Positions 25,250-36,453 of a DNA stretch of 64,000 bases are shown here, piece after piece. The stretch's first letter is position 1. Each line of letters opens with the position of its first letter. The stretch is from Raillietiella orientalis (Eukaryota). Location of the stretch: assembly GCA_036172245.1 (NCBI GenBank), contig JAYWIR010000006.1, positions 2,852,001 to 2,916,000 on the forward strand, read 5' to 3'. A program made the translations under genes and the position numbers. Below the pieces are notes generated by a model, which saw only the letters and a list, made by a program, of their open reading frames with translations, ran no database searches and was not told the origin of the DNA.

Positions 25250-26050
25250 GGGACTCCTACGAGCCGCGACTATGGCATCACATGGACTGGCTGCAAGGGA
25301 GGGCGGCCCACGAGTCTTTTGAACTGTGGCTGGACCGAGGACCCCCAGCGGATATGAGTCAAGCCCCGAACTCTGGACATACCACCGCTGATGAATCGAT
25401 AGAATCAGCTTGGGAGCGGTTCGGGCACCCAACCTTGAACCCGCAAGCTATCGGAACCATCCTATGGAGGTCGACACCGCCTCCAGACATCCGGGACCGC
25501 CTCCTGACGTCTTGCCATGAGGGAATCCCGTGTGGCACGGGGCACCAGCATAGGAAAAGCAACCCGAAAGACTCAGAAGCCCCGCGTGCGGGAGCGCGGC
25601 AGGTCAGCTACACGCGTTCACCTGCAGGAATCTCTCCCTGGACAGGAGAGTGATCAAGAGGACGATGGGATTGCTATCCGAAGCCGGAGCCGAGCTCCTT
25701 GGCGGACTCTGCCTAGGAGAATGCGTCGTTCCCTTGAGCGATCCCACGTTGAGGTCCACACTGGCCTTCCTCGCGGGAACCCTTTTCATCAGGAGAACAT
25801 CACTTTGCAGGGGTACGGAGGTCAGTGCACGCGAGATGCCGACAGACCTCCTCAGAAAGATAGAGGCTCAACAGGCTGTGGCAGGGCGCTGGCCTGGACC
25901 ACCTCCTACACTTTGATCTTAGCCAAAAGGCCGAAAAGCGATCCTCCTACTCTCTGAAGAGGAATCAGGGAGCCGGGAGACTACAGCTCGGTGCAGGAGG
26001 ATGCAAAAGGCACAGTGGCAGGTATGCAGCGAGCGGTCCACCTTACAGTC
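25250..26050 (+). mobile_element. Diverged Tx1/L1-like ORF2 C-terminal remnant
   Basis: ILWRSTPPPDIRDRLLTSCHEGIPCG parallels WNSGALPLKWQDSAFLVLHGGIPCK. A related piece lies at 26387-26530 (VWTSDLPLDTQDDLLMFYHGGIPSG). Confidence 0.55.
25906..25942 (-). pseudogene. U2: U2 snRNA 5' fragment (nt 1-37)
   Basis: Reverse complement is ATCGCTTTTCGGCCTTTTGGCTAAGATCAAAGTGTAG (36/37 to the recalled invertebrate-type U2). Flanked by direct repeat cctcctac (25902-25909, 25943-25950). Confidence 0.95.
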
Positions 26051-26939
26051 CACCTTCTGCCGCTGCAGAAAGACTGAAGGACTGATTAATGGAATTTACA
26101 TTTTTCACAGCAAGTGCCAAGGCTTGACCGGATCCTCATCCGAAGGAGATAACTTGCTAAGATTGAGGTCAGCAACGTACATTGTTATGTTGCTCTATGG
26201 TTACGGTTTTGTTTGATCGATCAGCAAAGTTTCGGAGGCGAAATCAGTTCACATCAGCTCTGACCAAATCAGGAATCCAACTGCTGGCTCCTGATCATCA
26301 GAGCGAACATCCGGGAAGCGGCGACGAAGAATCACGACGAGGATGACTCTCTGTCTGCGGCCACCAGCCGCTACGGATGCCACCAGGTGGACCTGCTGGC
26401 GGTTGGAGCCACGGTCTGGACGAGCGACTTACCACTCGACACTCAGGATGACCTCCTGATGTTTTACCACGGAGGCATCCCGAGCGGCAAGAGGGCGAAG
26501 CACGCCAAGCTGAAGGAGGTGACCGGCCTGCAGACGATGAAGAAGATGGGCATCCTGGAGGGGATGTTTGAAGGGAACAGCAATGTTCTCCGATTCAACT
26601 GCACTACTATCGCCCTCTTCATCACGAGCATCGTGATAAGGACAAAAATGCGGACTCGGATGAGCAATGCGCCGGCAATTTGAAAGGATTATTGAAAAAG
26701 GAACTTGGGATCAGGAGCTGTGGACGCATTTCCACTTGGACTTACCGTTACATCCTGCAAAGAATCGAGGACAACATACTCAAGTGAATGGAATCCCCAC
26801 AAGAATCTAGTGACCTCATTCCCTAAAAATACCCCAAAAAGCAAGTGACACTCTGTGGTATTCAAACTCCAAGAAAGTGGAAATGAGCAACAAACTGTGG
26901 TACTCTGAATCAATTGGATATCAACATAAGGTTACCAAA

Positions 26940-28232
26940 TACATTCACCCCACCGCGAGTCGGACTGGGGAATATCCTGGGAAGTCTGGGAGTCGGGTCA
27001 AGGGAACAAATTGGGTGGCTACAGAGCGGCTGCCCCTGTTCTGAGGAGAAGCTCCTGAGGCAAAGCGGCGCTGGGAGCCACCTTTTCGTGCGCTCTGCTG
27101 CAAACATGCTACTCCTCGGGTGCAAGAAACTCACGCTCCGGATCCAACCACAGGGAAGAAGTGTGCTCCTAGGAAGAGGGTGGAATAGGCCACGCTGAAG
27201 CGGATGGAGCGACAGCCCCAATTCAGAAGACTTGCCCTGGCAGCGAAATTTTGGTCAACGCCTCGGTTCGCATCTGCACGGCTCCTCACCAGAAGAGCGA
27301 CCGGCTGCAAAGGATTCACCTCGATCCTCGTTGCCAACGACACCAGTCTAAGGCAATGTGACCATCAGCTGCGTCGATTGGTTGTCTTGGTGCAGCCTGC
27401 TTCCCCGAGAACTGCATCGCCTGGCTTCAGGAGTCGGTCTTCGCCTGGGGAATGATCCACGACTCGAGCGAGGCGGGGTTTGCCTCCCTCCGGAGAGGGA
27501 GGCACTCTCGACATCCCCAGTGGCACCCTACCTCTGAAGTGGTAGGAGCTCGCGTTGCTGGTGTTACATTGGGGAATCCCATGCAAAACACTCCTCCATC
27601 ATTGGAAACTGAGGAGTATAGATGCCAATTGTGATCGGCACGGCGGGAAGGAGACTTTCCTGCACTTATTCATAGACTGTGCTGATCTCCGAGCCATTTG
27701 GGATCGACTCTCGTTGATCCTTAAAATCCCAGTAGGCAAGGCAAAGAACATTTTCCGGCGCCTCTTCATGCGTGACACCCTGCCGCCAGTCGCACCTCTA
27801 GCAGTTCTCCTGCTGTGTACGCAGAATCATGGCAAGCTGGAACGTTAAAAAAAGGGGTCACATGATCAGGGATGCCATCCATCGAACGGCAATCTTCTTG
27901 AAAACCTCTTCCCGAAGGCTCCAACTTCAGCAAACAAATGCAGAACTTGTCAGCATCCTGAATAGGATGCAGAGGACGCCTCATGGCAATAGCGATCCCC
28001 TCCTCACCCTTCCCTCCCCAGAAAACATCCTTTCCCAGCTATTTTTGGTTTGTTTTTTGTTATGTTTTCCCTTCCCCTTCGCCGCTGGAGCGGACGTCAC
28101 CGGTCTGCGTACCGGTTTTGGTGAGTCTTTCGCGCGTGGTAGAACCACCTGTTCTACTACGATATTGTAAACATCACGACTTTATAATAAACTTTTATAA
28201 TGAGTGCCCCGGCAAATCCGGTTGACAAACCA
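26940..28232 (+). mobile_element. Tx1/L1-like LINE, post-RT ORF2 to 3' terminus
   Basis: LVLHWGIPCKTLLHHWKLRSIDANCDRHGGKETFLHLFIDCADLRAIW. Terminus tgccccggcaaatccggttgacaaacca ends at 28232. Confidence 0.85.
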
Positions 28233-28789
28233 CAGAGAAAAACGGAAACTCCTGAGAAGAGGGAAACAGCAGCCACGCGGAGGAGAAGCCGGCGCCGGCG
28301 ACAGGCGAAAACTAGGGTCAATTAGATCACGTGGGCAAGGAGCCCACTGATCGGAAAAACTCTCCGAAGAGTGAGCCGACGTAACAGGACGTGACCTGAA
28401 CGGCCTCAACTTGGCCGAGGAATCCACAACGAGTATCAGCAACACCATAAAGTGCCGCCTCCGTCTGGAGCGGGCTTTTCTTCTGCCCGTGTCTGGAAAA
28501 AAAAAAAAAAAAAGAAAAGAAAGAAACACTAAGGTTCATGAAGACTGCAAAGCTAAGACCAAATGAACATGGTTGACTCAGACGGGTGCAACACCCGAGT
28601 CTGCAGCTCACCGTAAGAACGGCGGATCGACATCGCTGAAAGTGCGGGACCGCGTGCTGCCTCACGCAAATGGTGGGATGGAGGTGGAAAGATACTCGAA
28701 GGAGCACAACTCCAGACTACGCAAAGAAGAAACTGCTCCTAAAAGGGGGCCTGCTTAGGAGACCGTGTGGCTGCAATCTCCACTCATGG

Positions 28790-29480
28790 TAACAAGCTTT
28801 GCGGTGAAAATGGAGCCATCCATCACGTACTGTGGAGCTGGTTGATACCCCGATCGGGGGTAGCCTCTCCAGAGCATCAAGAAGCGCGCTGCTACTTTCG
28901 GGGAGAGCCCCCTCCAGGGAAATTTGGAAGCGTTTCTTCCGGATTCTCTTCAGAGGAGGAAACAGGGAGCTGTCGGTTGTCTTGAGGGTGCCCACTGGAG
29001 AAGAAAATTAGGAGCGGATCCTTTCCGGGTTCCCTTCGGAGAAGAAACGAAGGGGGGTCCTTCCGCAGAGAACAAGGGAAAGGGTTCCTTTCCCTCCCAA
29101 GCGTGAGAGAGGAACGGACTCCTTTTTCCAGAACCCTTCTTGGATTCATAGAGTGGTTCCTCTGGGATTGCCCCCTACCAATTGAAGAGTGACATGCACC
29201 CTCGGGTGGCGTGGACAGCGTTGAAGAGCTCCATGTCCCCCCCCTCCTCCCCCGAGGAGGCAGACGGGTCTTCAGCACTTGGCGAACCAAAAGAAAAAAG
29301 GAGAGCAGTCATCAAGGAGGTCTGTGCGGCCTCTTTCCTGTCTGCTGCGGGGGTGGGAGGTTTACCTTCTACAACACGGAATGGCTCTTCAAGCGGCACG
29401 CGGAGCGCGCAAGCGTGTCCGATGCGGAGAGGCGGGAAAAATCTTTCACTCCGTTTGACCCTTCGTCTTCCGGAATTGTG
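28790..29480 (+). mobile_element. Copy of the dispersed repeat module
   Basis: Contains gagctggttgatacccc, gggaaatttggaagcg, gagaggaacggactcc and catgcaccctcgggtggcgtggacagcgttgaagagctcc. Confidence 0.65.
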
Positions 29481-29740
29481 ACCTCGTTGATGTTTGAAAC
29501 GAAGCCTCCCACGCCGCTTTCACGGATCGGGGAAGATCGCGGACTCCGTGCCCGGCCGTTCCCGATGAACAGTAGGCGATTGCGGCAGCAACTTGCCCGC
29601 TCGCATCCGCGGAAGCCACTCCAGCTGCGCCAGTCTCCTCCCCCTTCTCAAGAGGGCGCATTCGTTATCTCCATTCATTATCTTCACCGACAGGGAAGGG
29701 GCACAATCGTACGGGTACGGAAAGCTTCGCCGCGAGACGC

Positions 29741-29820
29741 TGGGTTGTCACCCGGATTTGCCGGGGCGTTTGTTCATTTTATATTTTTTTTTAAAAAAAA
29801 ACATTACAAAAGTCGTCACT
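29741..29820 (-). mobile_element. Isolated LINE 3' terminus (very short 5'-truncated copy)
   Basis: Reverse complement aacaaacgccccggcaaatccgggtgacaaccca is nearly identical to the 28200-28232 terminus. Confidence 0.75.
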
Positions 29821-30189
29821 AGCAGGTCACTGGCAATCAACAGGTAGGGTCACTGACCTTATCACCTCCAGGCAATTAGGCTGGTGGGTGGACTGACGAA
29901 GGTTGCCTCGACGTCAGAGGGGAAACGAAAAAAAAAAACTGTAATGAGGAAGAAAACGAATTTGTGCGCACAGGAAGGAGTCAAAATCTGCGAGAGGCCT
30001 CCCTCTGCATCCACTCGAGGATGCCTCGCGAACAAGTTCCTCTTTCACTTTCTTCAGGTGGTGCCATTCTCGTTGGCCTCCACAAAAAAAAACGTAGGGC
30101 AAAGTGGATGTAGGGCGTCCCTAGAGAGGCCGCCACAGTCCCGCCCAGACAGCAAAGAGATGCTGAGGATGCAACTGGAGGCAATGTCT

Positions 30190-31105
30190 CGCACGTGAAG
30201 AGGGGCTTCGGTGCGTCCCTGAGCGCTGGAGAGACCTTGGCGGCTGCAGACCATCCTCTCCTGGTTCACCAAGTTTCTTCCGGAGGAGATCGCCCTTCCT
30301 GTAGCGCGGGGTCTCTGTCTGGCAGCGGCCGCCTCGCATGCAGGGAAGAGTGGTCATCGTGGGCAAAGCGCCTGCAATCTCCCGGGACTGCGAGCTCCCT
30401 CCCTGAATCATCCCTTCAGGAAAGCCGTGCCGAACGGTCAGAGCTGGCTCCCGGTCTTCTCCCTGCGTCCCACAAGACTCCGGTTGACGTGTTGCAGTCG
30501 GCTACGATGAAAAGTGCACCCTACAGCGGGAGACCCTGGCATCCGCCTGCTGTCAGGAGCCGAGCTATTTTTCGACGGCCTCCTGAGCCGCTTCCTCCTT
30601 AAACATGACCCGGCAAAACCGGATCTTCTGAGGCAACTGGTTGGTCGGGAAACTCAGCATGGAAAGCAGCACCGATCACGTCTCTTTCGACGGACACCTG
30701 CGTTTGCGGGTGGACAGGCTAGGCGGGACTCGGTCACGCCTCCCACGCGGAGGCAGGACAGGAGAGCCGGTGCGGTGAAGTAGAAACGCTCCCGCACCTG
30801 CTCCTGGATTGCGGTGTTCTCCAAGGACTGTGGCGGAGGCTGGCCTCAGCTCTCCAGCACCAGGGGGACACCGCAAGAGACTTGATGCGCCGCTTTTTCA
30901 CGCCAGGCGACCTGTCTTTAGGTGCTGTCATCGCAACGGTCTGTTGCACCCGCACCATCGGCAAGGCCCACCGAGAGTTGGAGAAGCTGGCCATTGTTCG
31001 TCAGCCCACCGGAATAGCCAGCGCGAACATGTCGTCGGCTTCCGAGTGGGCCCATCTTCCAGAGGGCGTTAGGAGCGAGATCGCCGGTATGCATAGCCGG
31101 TTCTG
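30190..31105 (-). mobile_element. Degenerate LINE reverse-transcriptase domain
   Basis: Pieces in RT order: TVAMTAPKDRSPGVKKRRIKSL (cf. ITLIPK..KNWRPISL), GGCQGLPL*GALFIVA (cf. GVRQGCPLSPLLF), FAHDD (cf. YADD), LVNQER. Confidence 0.6.
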
Positions 31106-31109
31106 AAAG

Positions 31110-31356
31110 AGTGGAACGGCCGAACCAAAGACCCCTGTCCCCTACCCTCCCCATATCTTTATTTTTATTTTTTATATGTGTATTTGTGGTCCCCTTCCTC
31201 CCGTTCCGGACTTTCTGTATACCGACCTGCGTGTCGGGGATCCCCCCCTTCGTTTCTTCCTTTCCCGTTTCGCTTCTTCTTTCGTGTCCTTTTTCCGGGA
31301 ACTCTGTTCCTAAATAGTTTAGAAATAAAGGCCCCGGGGCACTCGGGTGACAAACA
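31110..31356 (+). mobile_element. LINE 3' UTR and terminus
   Basis: T-rich UTR, then aataaaggccccggggcactcgggtgacaaaca (31324-31356). Confidence 0.65.
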
Positions 31357-32817
31357 GGAGAACCCACTTCGTGGAGTCTGCGTGGAGGCTGGTTCAACAT
31401 CCCGGAAGCAGAGGAACGCTTCCTTGACTTCCTATGAGGTGCCGATGGACGTCCACCATGCCAGTTTCGGCAAGGGAATGCGCAACGAGAGGACTTTTGT
31501 CCTTCACTGAGCTGTGCCAAGGGAGGTCAGTTCAGCGCAAGGGCCGAGCGTCAAGTCAACCAAGCTCTTCAGCCTTGCCGAACGACCAGGGGTCAAGAGT
31601 GCTCGCAGGTTTCCCACCCGGTTACGCCGTTGTCCCTACCACTTGCCATGTGGAGTTCGATGCAGAGACACACGGGATGGGGAAAAAGATGAAGAAACGG
31701 GAGAAAAAATTTGTTTTAACTATTTGTCTCGGGGTCCGGGAAAGGACTACAGTGTGTCCCACGACATCTCGCTTATCCTCTGGTTGATGCTTTCGTTTAT
31801 GCGCGACTTTTCAGGAACATTGTCCGCTTTTATCAACAACCTGCGGCTTGCGGTGACTGCGAGACCGGCTTCAGTCACACCTCTTTGGTGCCGGAGGCTG
31901 ATGAACCGAAGGTGGATAAGCACATGCTCTCCAGCCTGCGGTTTGTGAGGAGATGATTTCGACCATCATCGCGAAAACAATGGCAAGCTCACTTTCTAAA
32001 CCCTTTCATCAGGTTAGACTCGTGCCACAGCGTGTGGTCGCCTACATTTTGACAGCCTCGCTGACCTCCATATCAGTGATTTTGAGAGATGTTGCTACTG
32101 AGGTGCAATAGAAAAGAGTGATCCTCAGTGAAAAGTATGACTAATTGTCCTCCAATGCTGAGAGAAAGCCGCAAAAACACGCTGCGCGAAATACTCGGAA
32201 AAACTTCATTCATATGAGTTATTTTATAGGAATGAATTGAACATTAATGGAACGTTTACACTGCTAACACATGTCGAGAATTGTGCATTGATGTTGAATT
32301 CAAATTAAACTGTAAACAGCCTTTATCACATGGAGATGGATTCGGTGGCATGAATAATCAGGAAGAACAATCTATTTGTAAATAAGAATCCACACACTTG
32401 GCACTCCTTAGTTTTCATGCACAGCATGTTAATCTTTCAGGATGCCGATTTGAAATATTATTGCAGCATTGGTTCACATTTCCCGTATTAATAGGGGAAC
32501 TGTCACAATTTGTGCTAAGTTGAAAAACTTTGTATGCCAATACAAACACAGTTTGTGCGCAAGGTAAAATCTATAATTTTCAAGTCCCTTTGGTATGTGA
32601 GCTTTTTATGCACGCGTACATGTTCAGGTTGTGCGGGTAACACTTGATGGCGTTTATGCTGCATAGGTATGATTTTCTTTTTTCAGTTTCTGGTTAATGC
32701 CATTGTTTGAATATCATTTTGATATGTTATTTTTCTGTCACCGTGTTATATGTTTGAAGGCTTCTACTTGATTTCTAATTTGCAAGTATTATGTAGATTT
32801 GTGGGTGTTTCGCAAAC

Positions 32818-33511
32818 ATGCCTACATGGGGACAGATTCAAGCACAATTGAAAAATCCAACTAACCCAGTTGTCTTTATGGATATAAGTGTTGGGACAAC
32901 AGTAAGCCCTTGTCATTCTTTTTGTCTTACCCAAATGTGCTTCAAATTTTAGGAGATTGGCCGAATGATATTTGAACTTTTTGCAGATGTAGTGCCACGA
33001 ACATGTGAAAATTTCCGGCAGTTTTGTACAGGAGAATACAAAAAAGATGGTGTTCCAATTGGATACAAGGGTTCTATCTTTCATAGAGTCATCAAAGACT
33101 TTATGATTCAAGGAGGTGATTTTGTAAATGTAAGTAATTTAATCCACACCCTGGACACCTTACTTGTAAACTTTACTTCAGGGAGATGGGACAGGAGTTG
33201 CAAGTATCTTTGGTGGCATGTTTGTAGATGAAAACTTCATTTTGAAACATGAAGGACCAGGTCTCTTGTCTATGGTAAGTATATTGATGTGGTATTTTCT
33301 AATTTTCTTGTAGGCAAACAGTGGAAAAGATACAAATGGTTGCCAGTTCTTCATAACCTGTGCAAAATGCGATTTTCTGGATAAAAAACATGTTGTATTT
33401 GGTCGTGTTATTGATGGATTGTTAGTAATGCGCAAAATAGAAAATGTACCCACTGGACCCAATAACAAGCCAAAAATCCCTGTAATAATATCCCAATGTG
33501 GGGAAATGTAA
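32818..33511 (+). CDS. PPIH: Peptidyl-prolyl isomerase H (U4/U6 snRNP cyclophilin H), 183 aa; exons 32818-32901, 32953-33129, 33182-33274, 33314-33511
   Basis: [105 protein letters not shown] introns of 51, 52 and 39 nt keep the frame. Confidence 0.96.
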
Positions 33512-33524
33512 TCTTTTGCGACTT

Positions 33525-36453
33525 TTATTTTTTTTTACCTCTGGGATTGAAGATTGTGAATTTGTTGGAGTGTGTTCTGCCCTTGAAGCTCTACAAAAAC
33601 ATGACACATTCTAGATATATAATTACCCATCCTTACCTTTAATTTCTGGCCAATCTGTTTATGCATTTGGAATGCATTTCTGGTATGCAGAATTGATCCA
33701 TTGTGCTGGAACATGCTGTAGTCAACAGAAGCATAATTGTAAGATTGGAAAGGTGTGAATGGTGGATTTGGAAGCAGAGGTGCATGCATTTGATTATGAG
33801 AAGTTTGGAAAGAGGTTAATGGCATATTGTGGATTCCTTGCTGATTTGAAGGGAGCTGGTTAGGTATGTCATGATGGGATTTGTGCTTTAAAGTACATTC
33901 AGAATTGGAATTATGGAAAAAGTAATGCTTCTTCTTCTTTGTTTTAAAAATATTGATTTTCGTGATTTTCTTCATATTCTGCATTTGACTGACATTTAGA
34001 TCATGGTCATTTTCGTTTACCACTTGATTTCCAGTTTGTACATCACACACATTACTAGGATGTTCTCTAGGTACAGATGCATTGCTCTGCACTACATCAT
34101 TAGATGATTTTCTCCTCTTGAATTTCTTCTTGATTTGGTTAAGTATTTTTCGTTTCTTATTCGGTTGGCTTTTTTGAACAGAACCTTCAACTGCAGCATC
34201 CTGGTTTTCAGCAGACAACTGAGACACATTTTCTGAAACCTCATCTGTGGGACATGACTGCTGACCAGACTTGTCCTGTTAAATGATTTGTAGACTTAGT
34301 TAAGAGCAAAATATTATTTACCTTCTTATTGTCATCAGTCTTTTGCTCTGCTTCATTAAGCATCTTTGTTGCTAAGTATCGGCTGTAAGGGCTAACAAAG
34401 TTTTCACAAAGCACAGATTTTACTAGTTTGTTTTCTTGAAATAGAGTTATGCTGGGATGTGACTTAACCTGCCAAGCCTTTGAGAATTTTGAAGGGGTCA
34501 TGGTTACAGATGACTTATTTTGAGATTGAGGTAGTTCATGAGGGCAATAAATCACACTATTCACATCAATTGCTGGATGGCTTTCTACCAAAGGCAATTC
34601 CTGACCAGTAGGCTGAGGTACAAGTGATTGTTCTCGGACATGCAAAACTATTTGATGTAACTCTAACAAATATTGTTTCACTAAAGGAGGCACTGGATTA
34701 CAGCATGCCAATATGCCCTGCATCTCACGGGGCAGTGTTTCAGCAATTGTAAGAAGCATATGATTGGGTAACACATAACCAAGAGATTCATCCTGTTCTC
34801 TGGCCACCTGATCACGCCATTTAAATAAATCACGCAATGCACACAGCTGGCGGTTATTGAATTGTTTGCAGCTTCGTTCATATAATTCCAAGTGAGAATT
34901 GGGTGTTAGCATAGGTTTGTAATAGCGCAGACAACAGACCAAACAACTCTGATCCCAAACAGCCTTCAGCAATTTACTACCACCTTTTTCAAAAAGTTCA
35001 TTTCTTAATCTACTATAAATGTAAGGTAAAAAATGGGAATCCATACGAGCATAGTGAGCCATTTCTTCTGAAAGAGGCCGAATGCGCCAATCTGCTAATT
35101 GAAACCTCTTGTTTGTTTCTATCTGACAGTAGTGCTGCAGTAAGGCTGCCAATGACAATCCTGACAAACCCAAATGCCTTGCAGCTATAAATGTATCAAA
35201 CATGTTGACTAAGTAAAGACCCAGATCTCTCTGTAGCCACTCCACATCATGAGTGGCACCATGCAGAATCTTCACTATGTTTTCATTAGTGAACACCTCA
35301 TTCAACTGTTCCAGATCATCTCTCAGTTCCAAAGCATCCACTAAGTAGTCCACATCTTTTGTGGATATTTGCAAAAGGCATGTAAGACCCTGATAGCTTC
35401 GATAAGAATGATGCTGAAAACATCACACAGAACCACCTGTTGCATGTTACTATCTCTAGCTTACCTCCACATCCACACCAATTTCTTGATGGTTTCTAAT
35501 GTGATTCATCATGTCAGTGAGCTTCTCCACTGTGTCCACAAAATGCAGGGGGGTATCTCCAATTGCTTTAGGAGTAGTAATTGTGGCAAGACACAGATGC
35601 TCATCCTTGGGTTGGAATAGTTCCAATTCATATTGATATGGATGTGAGTAAACTCTAAAAACCATTATGTGAATTATTCTCAGAACTCTTACTCTTGGCC
35701 ATTTTCATCAAATTCCAAAAGAATGGCCAATGGTTTTTTAGAATTTGGTTTATTTTTTATGGTAGGTACAAATGGTCCTGGGCTATTATCAATTTTTGTT
35801 TTAAATTTCAACTGGGGTCTCACAATATTCCTTGCTGCTAAAAGAGTGATTTCTGTTGATTCATTTCTTCTGACTCTCGTCTGAAAATTGTTTTTGGAAA
35901 GCACTTGATCAAAACATCACTGACCACTTGATTCCAGATGCTATTTGCTGGAATTTTACGAGTGACAGACGTTAGAATAACAGGATCTGATACTTTCTTT
36001 AATCCTTGCAAATCATCCAAAATGTTATTCTGATAACAAAACTCATTTTTTATATTCCCAAAACACAAACATTATTAGCATACCACTCTTTCTAATGCTT
36101 GATCATTTGCATCCATGATTCGTTCATACATGGACTCCACATCATTAGGCCAAAGTTGCTTTTTTATTCCTTGATATTGCAAAAGACATGAGATTCTAAA
36201 GGCAGAAAACTCATTGCAACAAGTTATTCTCAAAAAATTATCGAACGTACAAATTAAATATTCTACTTCCTTCAGCCTTAATAACATCTCGAAACCTCTC
36301 AAAACTTGAATAGTAGTCCCAATCATCTCCTGCACCTGGTAATTCCTTCGCCTGCTTAATAGCATTCAGAGTTTTATTAATAATCTGGCTTGCTATGTCA
36401 TTTGTTAAAGCTTTATCTTCAGATGCTTGCTTTTCGTTTGTGTCGTTCATCAT
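33525..36453 (-). CDS. EXOSC10: Exosome component 10 / Rrp6 3'-5' exoribonuclease, about 864 aa; exons 36251-36453, 36084-36195, 35925-36029, 35693-35880, 35465-35654, 34322-35413, 33637-34275, 33525-33590
   Basis: PMC2NT-like N-terminus (LPGAGDDWDYYSSF), ARNIVRPQLKF, DEDD motifs (VDVEHHSYRSYQG, LHGATHDVEWLQRD, YARMDSH) and HRDC (WRDQVAREQDESLGYVLPNHML). All introns are GT-AG and frame-preserving. The last intron is inferred; read-through would stop at 33535. Confidence 0.95.

Noticed and set aside
29180..29240. Reading VAWTALKSS as the L1 ORF2 W...K linker motif, which would imply a large insertion in ORF2
   Set aside because: Differences between copies are synonymous in the other frame (HAPSGGVDSV), so that reading is unsupported.
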